Below, piece after piece: positions 22,410 to 33,735 of a stretch of DNA of 37,921 nt. The translations under genes were made by a program, and so were the position numbers. This stretch comes from Phoronis australis. Lineage: Eukaryota; Animalia; Phoronida. The stretch is from positions 1 through 37,921 of the forward strand of contig NMRA01001226.1 of the NCBI GenBank assembly GCA_002633005.1, in the 5' to 3' direction. Below the pieces are notes generated by a model. It did no database searches. It saw nothing but the letters and a program-made list of their open reading frames with translations, and was not told the DNA's origin. Positions within the stretch are counted from its first letter, which is position 1; every line of letters starts with the position of its first letter.

Positions 22410-23365
22410 CAGTGGCATATCTAGGATATCACAAGGGGCCCAACATTTTGTCCGAAAACATTTGTGCAAAGCACGATTAGATGCGCATAGCACCTAATGG
22501 GGGGAGGTCGGGAGGGGAGTTTGCCTTTATTCCTGAAGTATAATCCAAGTAAAAAAGGCAAAGAAATAGAAAAAAAAACGCGGAGAACGTGTCAAATATG
22601 AAAAACTGCTCATCCCACAGATTCGAACTCACGACCTGGCGGAGAGAACGCGCGTACTTTACCACTGCACCACCACTACTTCACTCCTAATTTGATAATA
22701 AGAGACCTACTTGTTTATGGTTCACAGCGTTTGCGAGCGAAACCCACTTCTTTTTGTATTGTTTATTACATTTTTTATATTTTGTGCAATCAGTTCGTAA
22801 CAAATTTGTTGTATTTAAATAGTCTTCAATTGCCCAAAACACCAAATCCGTTTTTTGTGTTGGCATTAATGACGCGATTGCTTTGGAAATCGTCTTAAAT
22901 TAAGATTTGACAACGAGAGAATTGTTGTTTCTGAGTGATTCACTAAGGCTTCGATTAAAATTGACATCTTATCAGCAGCTTCTGTTTTTTCATCGTCACT
23001 CAGATTCCATTTTAAAAAACGTGTAGTTTTCTTTATCGCACAGTGAAGCAGACGACGGAAACAGTCGTACAGCGCAGCGCCACTGCCGGTCTCCTGGGAT
23101 ATCGCGGGAGAGTCTATACTTAGCAATAGTTTCGTTACAATTGAGCCGTGTTCCGAATTTGACACTTGAAATCGGATCTGAGCCCCCATTCCCAAACACA
23201 CTAAAACTGCACACATTTAAATCTTGTTTCCGCCGCATAATTTTAATTACCGGGGTTAATTAATAAACTCAACATTTCCTTGTGCTCTTGCTGTCTTGTC
23301 TTTTGCGGCAGCCAAGGAAGGGGTGGGGGGCGAACACCTGGGCCACACCACCAAATCCGCTAATG
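22410..23365. mobile_element. Probable non-autonomous DNA element (or nested composite) with degenerate CAGTGGCGGAT-type termini
   Basis: The left end CAGTGGCATATCTAGGATATCACAAGGGG matches the reverse complement of ~7337-7367. The right end is AATCCGCTAATG and the flanks are TATGA/TATGG. Confidence 0.4.
22601..22680 (-). other. tRNA-derived Pol III promoter-like segment (pseudo-tRNA/SINE head)
   Basis: A box TGGTGCAGTGG (22662-22672), B box GAGTTCGAATC (22620-22630), then TTTTT. Acceptor and T stems do not pair, so this is not a functional tRNA. Confidence 0.6.
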
Positions 23366-26300
23366 TATGGCACCGTATGTTGATGTTTTTCGTCAATACA
23401 CGTATCTTATATATAAAATATGATCATTTTAGCACCATATTAGGCCTTTAAAAGTATTTTCAAAAAGTATTTTCCAGACGACCTACAAAACGTGGTCCAC
23501 CACCCATTGTAAAAGCGGACCGATTGAAAATCCCTGCCCTTGGGCCCTTAGAAAGTACGATCAAAACACAATCCTCCCACCACCCAGTTGCCGTCAATCT
23601 TTCTCTTTGTCTCCAGTCCCCTGTTGCGGGTCAAACCCACCAAAAATATGGACAGGCCTACCTTTATTTCAACAAAATTGCACAAGAAAAATAACACTTT
23701 TTAGATCTAATTCCATAATGTGTAAATTGAATGAATTATTACCAAACATATATATACTGCCAAAATTAGATTTAGACGGAGCCAAAGGAACTCAATACAC
23801 TCCTACAGGGCGCTGCAAAATCCGAAGAAATACGTCCGGTAATATCACGATCACCTTGGAACGGAGTAAGAAGAACTTCATCTCGGAAACTTCGATTACT
23901 GCTTCGTCTATTTCGAAGTGTAGAGATGAGTCCCAACGTCAGGATTCGTTTTATTGTGGCTAAGTTTGGGAACAGGCAACTTTTTAGCTAGGTTCATGCT
24001 TTGAAAATTAAGTTTACTGTAACAGGGCCCAGGATACACTGCCTTAGGAGTGAGGTTTCTCAAAATTCCTTCCGCTACAACGCTATTTGAGTTTTTGGTG
24101 GATGGTACAAGGACATACAGGTACGAGAGCTGACCTAATTTCGTGACCAAAATACGTCATGACTCACGGAAACACCAATTTTATGAAGAGTTATTTCAGA
24201 AAGGGTGTACTTGATGTTTGCTGTCACTGATATATCCACAGTTCGCCTGTTGAATATACTCAGGCGTTCATTAGTTGCGACATTTTCTCAAATTGTGCTG
24301 TATGGACGATAATGCCTCCCTCGCTTGTTGAAGCCCTCTAGCAAGATGTTTTAGAATTTTTTCGTATTAATGTGCATTCCTGTTAATTTTAGCCCGTTAC
24401 AGTTTAGGAGTTTTATTTTTTAAGCAAAAGGGGCAGAAGTTTTTGAGTACGATTACCAGTTAGACATGGCGTACACGGTCATCAAACGTTCCCACAGATC
24501 TAATAGACACTTTAAACATATATTATTAGATTGCAAACGGTCTGTCAACCAATGGCTCGATGTTAAGCAAACAAACCCTGGCAATTGCTCTACAGACACA
24601 TGTATGGATGCAACTGCTGAAATTCTTGGGGCAGATGGACTGTTACCTTTTGATAACCCTCGTCAATCCATGTTTAAACGTCCTTGGAAAGCAACTTTGC
24701 ACTCTGCATATTTCCCCACAAATCAGATAACCTAATTTATAAGAGTCTCCTCTATTTTCTTTAAGAGAATGCAAATGTCTAAAAATATCTAGTTAGAGTA
24801 AATAAGGACTATAAAAATCAAACTGTCAAACCTACATGTATTGACAACACAAAGGTAACACATCTAGTAGCAAAGTGTTAGGCCTTTCTCAAAACGATGA
24901 CAATTTAGACTGTGGTGCACTTCAGAAATATAAATGACCTAAAAAACTATTGAAAGTTCAGTTAAATTTGAAAATATTTTAGCTTGTGTAAGATTAGAAT
25001 TATTTGGGTTTAAGTTTTAGCTGAACCATCATGTGTTAAAGCCAACGTTACGAAATGAAGCGGAAGTGTTTATTTAACTTAAAAGAAGAGGTAAATTTTC
25101 TTCAGATTATGACACAGCAACCACTTTATAGAAGAATAGCGTTTCATTTCAGGGAACCTTTTTGTAAATGCTAACACACCAACCACTACAAGGACATACA
25201 AATAAGATACACGTCCAGGTATGTACACTGAAATCTAAAGCAACATTATCAACCACACAAAATGAGGGATGAATAAGTACATTTACCATTTACATGGACT
25301 CTACTACCCAACAGCGATCGTTTTCTTGCTTGGTGAATGGAGTTTGCTAAATGATACATTTCATCAACTACACGTTGTAAACGTACAATTTTGTGTGGAT
25401 TTTGAATTACCACTATGATTGTAGCAAGAATGCTAGTACACATTATGCTCCGAAATCACTCAATTTGCTGTCAGTGCAGACATTTTTTCTGGGTACATTG
25501 TTGTCTGACTTTGGAGATAACTCATTGCCATGGTAGAGCAACATGTTACACGGATCCAGTCGAATCTCCCAACGGACACAAATTCCGAACCGAAACATCA
25601 TCTGGAATCGCCAGAAAAATAAACGCAGCCTAAAGTGAGCCCGTGGGCATATTTTGGGATAACTTTACCAAAGTATGCAATCGGGCGCATCTCTTTTAAA
25701 ATCTTTTTGGAAAGTATTAAAATACTTTTGTAATAGCGTCCAGTGTAAAATTGTTATGTAATGTAGGTGGTTGTTAAATATTGTTTATTTTGGCCAGATA
25801 TTATATTCTTGATCACACACGTGACTATCATTTAAGGAGATATACTGGAATTTTCTTAGTAACTAACTGTATTTGCACAGCATAAAGTACAGTTTTAAAT
25901 AAACTGTGCTCACCGAGTGAAAATTAAAGGGTTGATAATTGTTAGTGAAATGCAACTACCATAGATAAAAAGATTTAAATTGGAACACAGAATGCTTGAT
26001 ACAATCTCCTAAAATACTGTTCCTTTACAAAAATACGGGAGATAACATTTTACGTTTTTGAAGAGCCTTTTTCCGAATATCCGCCAATAGAAATGCCTGT
26101 AGTATTGGAGAAGGCCTAAAACCCAACGTTTTCTATTGTACATCTAAGACAAGTTTGCATCCCCGGCATTGGAATAAAAAGCGGAATTCCGCCATTGATA
26201 ATAAGGCAGTTCATACAAAACATTTCCACCTTGTAATCAAGAATTAAAACTGCAAGGGCAGGGAGACAGCTTAATCAATGCTCAATATGAATATTTCTTT

Positions 26301-26534
26301 CATCCATATTTTATATGTTTCAGCGTCAGGAATTTAGAGCAAGAGACATGTCATTATGTTCTTCTAATTAAAAGTATCGGTCTTATCCCACATTGATCGA
26401 CCAGCCTATTGAAAAATTCGACCTATAGTTTAGGTAAACACCTGATCGATGGCGCTTGTTTTCCGACGTAGGAAATCAATTACTGGAAAAAATAGTCAGA
26501 GGTAAAATCATTGTGCAACTGATGCCAATGCAAA

Positions 26535-26785
26535 TTATATCAGATTAGCATGTTTTGACACGTGTTGACACAGTTGTAAGATCCATGGGATGTTTATAGT
26601 AAATATTGCTTTTAATGGATGGGCGAGGACGCTTTTGTAACGTGTATAAACAATTATAAGATCCATGTTACGTTTTTAGTTAATGTTTAATATATCAGAT
26701 TGGCGAGGCAGGTTATGTGACGTGTTCACAAGATAGTAAAGGTTCATGGGAACGTTTAATAAAGATATTTAAATAATGGGATGAT
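26535..26785. repeat. Degenerate 80-bp tandem repeat, ~3 copies
   Basis: CGTGT at 26561/26641/26721 and TAAGATCCATG at 26577/26657. Confidence 0.7.
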
Positions 26786-28544
26786 AATACGAAATGAAAA
26801 GTGCCGAGGATGTGCTCTCATGTTTTTGGAATGCGGACATCTAGTTGAATTTTTAACGAATTACAAAGTTTACTTTAAATGCAGTAGGCAATAACATTAT
26901 TCTACTTGATTAAACGCACTGTTATTGCATACATGTACTTAGGAGATTATTTTGCGAAATCAATCACATATAGATTCTAGCCTAATCCTTTATTTGTACT
27001 AGTTCCAAGACCAGCTCTAGTCCTCTGTTTCAGTGACGTAAGACAAAAAGTAATTGAAAATTTCAGGCTATGGAAGCACTTCCAGGATATGCAAATACCT
27101 GAAAATAAAAGAATCACCCTTTGGCATAGCTCTTGGAGACCCCCAGAAATTAACTGTAAATTTCAGCCAAGCACATATAAGGAGTATGAAAACGAAGGCA
27201 GGTGCTTCTCTCCTTACTTCTGTTGTTAAATTTCTGTTAGTTTGTATGAAAAACTTAGTCGAAAACAGTAGGGTGGATCGATCACTACGTGGGTGTCAGT
27301 ATTTGACTTCCTGTAGTATGTAGTCGGTAGGTGTCGCATTAGAGTAGTTCTTCATCATTTCCTGCCCTTTTATTAAGAAAATAATAGCGATTGTTATACA
27401 TGCAGCAGCGTAGCGTGTGTTTTAACCTAAAGAACATAGATTGGAACACTCTTTACGAAAATTATAGTATGTTACTAGAGAAAGTAATATTAGAAGTTTT
27501 ACGACTTGCATTGTGACATTCAAACCTTTCTACGGGCAGACGAGCGCTAATATTTTATTGGTAACCCGTTTTATACTCATGGCTAGTATCCCTTGCTATT
27601 AAATGCAGACGATCAAAGGGTGTTGTATTCTATGAACACTTTTTGAAGTTACCATCTGACGGAATGGAACCACCGTCAGACAGAACTCAGGAGGAAGAAT
27701 TTTGAGCATCTTTTGAATTGTCGAGGAATTTGGTGGGTACTCTTTGGTGTACAGGGCACGATTTCTCGCCATCCCTGCTGCAAAGTCTCAGCAAATTTGA
27801 TTTACCCTTTGAAAGGGAAAACGAAGTGAGATCAAGAATACCTACCAGATGAATTGTATACTTTTGAGTCGAGATGTGATGGAGTTTACAAAGGAAGACA
27901 AGTTGGCTACATGGGACGGGGGGGCAAACGCGAAATAAGCTCGTCTTGAAATAGAGCCACACCATTTTTTAAAATATTTGCCCACAAAACGCATACCCTT
28001 TTCGCCTTTCTCCATTGACAACATTGTTGTTTTTTTAGCGCAACAGTTGCTTTATAAGTTAAATGATCATATATATCAGCAATCGAAATTGTATTCCATT
28101 TTATTACCATTGCGGATGAGAATATTCGACTTTGTTATTTTTTGGCCTAAAAATTGCCGTCAGAAACTTTCAAATTGCAACACAATCCTTTGCTGTTGGG
28201 CTTGGTATAATTTGCTTTCATACACATGTCTTGAAGTATTCATAAAATATGATGAAAATTGCATATCTCAATCTGATGACTTTGTGGAATTTTCACTTTC
28301 AGAGAAAAGTATTCTTAAATGTTCTTGTCCGGTGCCATCGGTTAATAAATCAAAGCATAATGGTATCTCTGTTCAAACGCCATAATAAATTGCATAGCAA
28401 ACATGCTGTAAGTCTTCCAACATGGATATTGAGCTCCTTTCACGTATTACAAGTACTCAGTTCAGTCACTATAGAGATGTAATAAATGTGCAGTTATCAA
28501 TGGGCTTACGCGATGTAATATGTACTCGTTGAGCAATCAGACAG

Positions 28545-29135
28545 CAACAGATAAGCTTGAGAAAACCATATCTAGTCTGAATGCTCGTCTCACTAGAGAA
28601 TCTCCACACGTTGGAGCCACTTCGCCTACTCTCTTCAAAGTGTTCATCGACTGCATATTAAGGCAGCTGCTGGATAGCATACTTGTAGAGGCCTGAGCCA
28701 ATGAAATTGTCTTATATGTGTCAAATGTTGATGGTTGCACGTATACTTGTACAGGCCTATGCCTATGACATTGTCTTCAGTCTGTCAAGTGCTGATGCTT
28801 GCATATGTATATGTAATTGGACAGACCTATGCCAATGTCTAAGGGCCCCCATGGAAAGCATTGTGAATTGATGGCGTTACCCTCATCGTTAATATTACAT
28901 TAATAATAGATAAATAAGGCCCATGCCAATGACATTCTTCTGTGTGTCAAGTGTTGATGCTTACACGAGCCACAGTATTGTCTATTGTTATTCATTGGAC
29001 CGAGGCAATTAACTTGAGGATCAACACCAGTAAAATAAAATGGTTATAGTATTTACATTTGCGGCTGACTGCAATTCCCCTCACTGGATCACAATTTGTC
29101 AAGTCCGTTCCTTACCTGGCGATTCGGTTCCCAGT
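28545..29135 (+). pseudogene. Highly decayed non-LTR RT fragment (paralog at ~33965-34555)
   Basis: (A)PQVGATSPTL(F)KVFIDCILKQLLDNILVKACANDIVL resembles PQG..LSP.LF..FID...YADD. It is followed by HWTEAINLRINTSKIK and VKSVPYLAI, resembling RT domains 6-7. Confidence 0.6.
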
Positions 29136-29149
29136 GTACTTTAATTAAG

Positions 29150-30170
29150 CCTTAGTATTTTTGCAGTTGTGGGTGACATCTCATACACTTTTACCAATGG
29201 TTTTGTAATAGAGAGATAACGATACTTTTTCCATATCCTGACAGACTTGATGCATTCTCCTCTATCTAATGGCCACGCCATTAAAACACATTTACAGTCG
29301 TCGGCACATATCAACGCTTCGCTCCTGCATTTCAACATATAATTTGGATACATTAGATCATAATATAATTCAGAAATAGAACATTTTCTTCGAGCAATAT
29401 TAACATCGTATAAATGAGTTATCATCGACACAATGCAAAACAGTAAACACAATATATGCACGCGTAGCTACACAAATTATGCAGACATTTTTTATAATAC
29501 ACTTATATCGGTAACAAAAATGTACTCAATCCATGACGGCCAGTCATAATGTACTCAAATCACGACTGCCAGTTATAATGCACTCAATTCATGACTGCCA
29601 GTTATAATGTACTTTTGTAAAATGATAGGCTGATATGGAGACATTTGGCAACTTCTTTGCGAGTACATTAATGACGTCATTCAACAAGTCATTAGAATCA
29701 AAAATTTTAGAATGATGGTTATGAATCTGCTTTTGATTGTTGCTTATGATGCCCTTGATAGCGACTAAACCTTCCAAGGTGAGGAACAACCGAACTTTTA
29801 AATACCAATGATTGTACAAAATACGACTAACAGGTCGATTTGGGCTCATCCATTCTTGAAGAGGAGATACAAATTTGGAAAACTGCGTCTGAATTTTTCA
29901 AGCTATTATCAATCATGCTTAATTGGTGGCGTCTGTACTGGGTGTACATGTATGTTAAGGGATAGCGGATAGAGGATGCCGTTAGGAGGAGCAACTGCAT
30001 GATTTAGAGTACAACTCCTGTTGAAGCTGTACAATCGGCATGACAAAAACTTTTCATTATGTTTGACCGTGCCCCTGGAGGAGGTGGAGGGGGGCTGTTC
30101 TGGGCCTCAAAGTCTGCCTTTGTAATTGTCCCTATGTTACTGTCACAATGTCATCTTGACGTGTCATATC
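29150..30170 (-). pseudogene. Possible highly decayed PIF1-like helicase relic (paralog at ~34570-35590)
   Basis: Colinear motif traces across frameshifts: TASTG, LSMID, VFKS..PH...HRQ, L.KKLP....YH, HQACQDMEKV. Recognised by eye only. Confidence 0.35.
29519..29613. repeat. 29-bp tandem repeat, ~3.3 copies (also at ~34942-35036)
   Basis: Unit AATG(T/C)ACTCAATTCATGACTGCCAGTTAT. Confidence 0.9.
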
Positions 30171-30305
30171 ATTTGTTTGTGTCTTTTCTTTGTAGTATCA
30201 AAACTTCTTTTTAACATTAAATAGTTTTATTTGAGTTGATAAAATTGTATACGAGTATAAAAAATTTTGAATGGAAATGAGTCATTAACGTTCACAACTA
30301 CATNT

Positions 30306-33300
30306 GTTACAAAGTAATTCTCAGATGTGCTCAATATTAAACAGAAAGCCAGTGAAGAACAATGTTGTTGTCTTTACCTCCTTTTAGTATATTGATTTAC
30401 TGTAACAGTACAAGATACAGGTAGTGTACACTTAATATCTAGTCTTTTTCTTGCCATTTCCCAACAAAAGCTTGACGTGATGCATTATTTTTCTCTTAGT
30501 AGATTTTGCACACAAGAACTCATTTTAACTGAAGCCATTTTGTACTAATGGATGATTTTCATATCTTTGTGAAGGGGAAATTTCCACCCTCCCTAGAAAT
30601 GTTTTGAAGGAGCTACAGATATAATAACCATGTTGAGACGAACCATGTTTGAAGTTGACTGCGGTTTAGGTGGTAATAAGATATAATAAGGTAGTTCTTT
30701 AAACTAGCTGACCTATTTGAGTTACATAATTATTTTATTTCAGGTACATACTTACATCCATACTCTAGATGCCTGCAAGCAAGACTTTTTCACTGTTTGC
30801 TGTTTAACGCTAGATGTGATAAGGCAGGTGAAAGCTAGGGATCCACAAATAACGGAAGCTTTCCTACGCTCCGACAATGCCAATTGTTACCATTCTGCCG
30901 CCCTTCTGATTCATTTGTTCTACATAACTGGTAACACCGGCATCTCCATTCTGCGCTACGACTTTAGTGAAAGTCAGAAGGGAAAAGATATCTGTGACAG
31001 GAAAATCGCACCCTTGAAGGCCCATGCCAAGTACTTCGTCAATGAAGGCAACAACGTTCAAAATGCGGTCGACCTGAAACGTGCGCTAGAGTCTAGAGGA
31101 GATGTCAAAGGCTGTTAGGTGTCGTCCTGTAGTGTGAATGCCCCAAAGGTCCTTCCCAAGCACAGTATCCCAGGGAAAAGTTTGCTGACAAACTTTGAGT
31201 ATTCCGTAGATGGCATTCGAGCATGGAAGGCCCATAGAGTAGGGGAGGGAAAACTTGTCATCAACAAATCATGTAAACTGTTGCCTCTGAAAAGTCTTGA
31301 CCTTGCAACACTCGAGTATTTTACAACTCCAAGGGTTGAGTCGGGGCTGGTATCCCGTGAACGTCATACGAAGTTCACATGCACACACTGTGGGTGCTCG
31401 AAATCTTTTCCTACAGATGCTGAGCTAAGTGAGCACTTGGATGTTGGTGCTCATTCATCATCCCTCCAGAACGAGACTCAGTTCGACCACATTTCAAGAC
31501 AATCTGAGATTTTATCCACTACCACAGCTGAGTTGTCTGCCGTTTACGTTGTTGATCAAGTCGCCGCAGGATTGGGCCCTGAAAAGTACTAGAAAAGCGG
31601 TCCGCTTCTCTGAGAAGGTAAAGACTTAACCAGTGATATATTTTCTGAAGGTGAACAGTCAGGCAGAAAACAACAGCCAGCTGAGGTTGTGAAAAGATGA
31701 TGCGAGAAGCCAGGAATAAGCAAAGAAAAGTTTTCTCCTCTGTAGAGTGGCTGTCGGAGTAGCAGATTGCTGGATTTTTTCCCGTATGGTTGCCGCGTCT
31801 CGAATCGGAAATATTCAGAATAATGAAGATGCTGATGCTGCTGCTGCCCACGAGTTTGCCTCAATGATTGAGTTGAGCTTGAAGTCATGAATGAGTTATC
31901 ATCATAAAGTGTAGGAAATTATGAACATGTTTTAGTTGTTGTCTATTCTTACGATATTGTTGTGGTCATCATTATCGTAGCTAGGGGACTGGGGTCCACC
32001 CTGCGCGAAATTGGAAAAAATGGAATATGACGTGAATTAGGGGCTTCCATGGGGGAGAGATTTGAGTGGTGGCCGTTTGGGGAAAATAATCCAAGCCACT
32101 GATGGTCAACATTGAAATCTTCTGTCACTTTTACTAGCGTTTTTTGTTTTATGTTCAGTTTGAGACTGGTAAAGCATACTTTTTACATGATTGATTCTCT
32201 TGAAACTACTGAGATTTTTAAAGAAGTGATTATCTAGTTTTGAGAAACGTCTATCTTAGACATGTGTACTGAGCAAAATAAAAAGACTTTGTGTTTCAGT
32301 AGCTCTTGTTTTCTTCAAACAAAATGCAGTTTTTGAAGTGTTGTGTAGAAATGTATCATACACTAAACCTAGCATACCTTCAAGAAACTGTGATTTTGAG
32401 TCCCCGCATGAACGGAATTTACATGTTGTGAAACTTTTAGCTGGTAAGTCGCAACAACACCCAATTGCTTAAATACTGGTTTGGAAAGCCGGTATCTTGG
32501 ATATCACTGAAAGTATTATGTTTTCAATCGTAAATATCCGTACGTGTTATTTTTCTGAAATTGCAAATTCCACTGGCGCGCTGCCACCATGCTCGGTCGC
32601 TTTTGTGTAGTAAAAGAAGCATTGCGTGACACTTTGTATGTCCAATAACACGGCACTTCTGCTCGTATCCACCGTCCTCTTTTCACGTGTGATCTCGAAG
32701 ATCTTGATTAGTTTTAGTATAAACTTTACTAATGGTTTTATAGGACTTTTTCATGCGTATATACAGGGATTTGTCCTGGAGGTCTGAAAATGGTCCAGCA
32801 TGCACTGCAGGCAGTGTGTGGGATTGTTAGTCAGTTACGGTGTTTGAAAACTGGCCAAGCAATGGGTAATGGGCACCCTTAATAAGAATAAAACCTGCTT
32901 CCCTGAAGTATGAGATGGTGATGGGGTTGTATTATTAACTCATAAGTTCATTAAAATTGACTTTTTTGATTTCTGTAATCCTATAACAAATTTTTATTTT
33001 TGCACCCGCAAAATTGAAAATCCGCGAAGAAGAAATCTCTCATACAGCTTCCCATGATCTCCTTCGTCACTAATGTAGCAAAACGAATGATATTTGTTCT
33101 ATTTGGCATCTTGGTCGATAGAGAATTGCACAATCGAGTAGCGCCTCCTAGAGTCTTTTACTCAAACTGACAGTCACAGATTGGCAGAAAAATGTGTTAA
33201 GTGAGTTATGTAAAAAACTGACAGCACAAAAACTATGAAAGAGACAAGATTTTTTATTCTTGTGTTGGACTGAACAAAGACAGCAGTAACAGGTGGAAGT

Positions 33301-33735
33301 TAGCTCATGTTCCAAAAGAATCCGATATAGATTTGGGAGAGTGATAAAAATGCGTAAAAATGGCCTTAATAATAAGCAGTGAAAATGACATTTTTGTAGG
33401 CTAAAATGAGAGGACATAAAAAATCAAAAAATCCATCCGATCTAGTTTTTCTTGTACGTTATTCTTTCTTCTTTCTGCTATATAGTTATTTTTTCTATAG
33501 CGTGAAGCAATGATGTGTTGTTGCTGACAAAATGTCACCTACTTCCAAGTACTATTATTTGCTATTTTTCGGAAAAAGTACAAAGTGGTCGCAAAAAGGG
33601 TTTAAAAAAACTCGGAAACTCTTAAAAATTCAGGCTCAGGTTTCTTTTGACAAGGCCAGCTGACATGCTAAGTTTAAAAAAAATTGGTGATTTTGCATAT
33701 ATAGCCCACCATCTGGTTTTTATATGGAATTGCTC
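30306..33735 (+). mobile_element. Sola3-type DNA transposon, right half only
   Basis: Contains a transposase remnant. The terminus ...TATATGGAATTGCTC is followed by TTAA (33736-33739), consistent with the GAG...CTC ends and TTAA target known for Sola3. No matching left end was seen in the window. Confidence 0.72.
30744..31907 (+). pseudogene. Sola3-like transposase, 3' exon remnant
   Basis: Acceptor ttttatttcAG at 30742-30743. Motifs FLRSDNANCYH, RYDFSESQKGKDICDRKIAPLKAH and VNEGNNV, a C2H2 finger (CTHCGCSKSF.....LSEHLDVGAH) and WALKSTRKAVRFSEKVK. In-frame TAG at 31116-31118 and later frameshifts. Confidence 0.8.

Larger units (their letters stand above)
28315..30305. repeat. ~2 kb direct repeat, copy A
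   Basis: Colinear and >90% identical by eye to 33736-35711. Begins TTAAATGTTCTT and ends TTCACAACTACAT. Confidence 0.95.

Noticed and set aside
22601-22680. Functional tRNA gene
   Set aside because: A and B boxes are present, but the acceptor and T stems cannot pair and there is no clear anticodon arm.
24878-26119. Element bounded by TTAGGCCTT...AAGGCCTAA inverted ends
   Set aside because: The match is short, a third similar end occurs at ~23440, and no TSD or coding evidence fixes the boundaries.
27655-27680. 8-bp hairpin TCTGACGG/CCGTCAGA as terminator or Helitron end
   Set aside because: Short and isolated, with no U-tract or CTRR terminus following it.
29141-29461. Secreted or WD40-like small protein ORF
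   Set aside because: It has a non-ATG start and a frameshift in the paralogous copy, and is better explained as part of the decayed relic.
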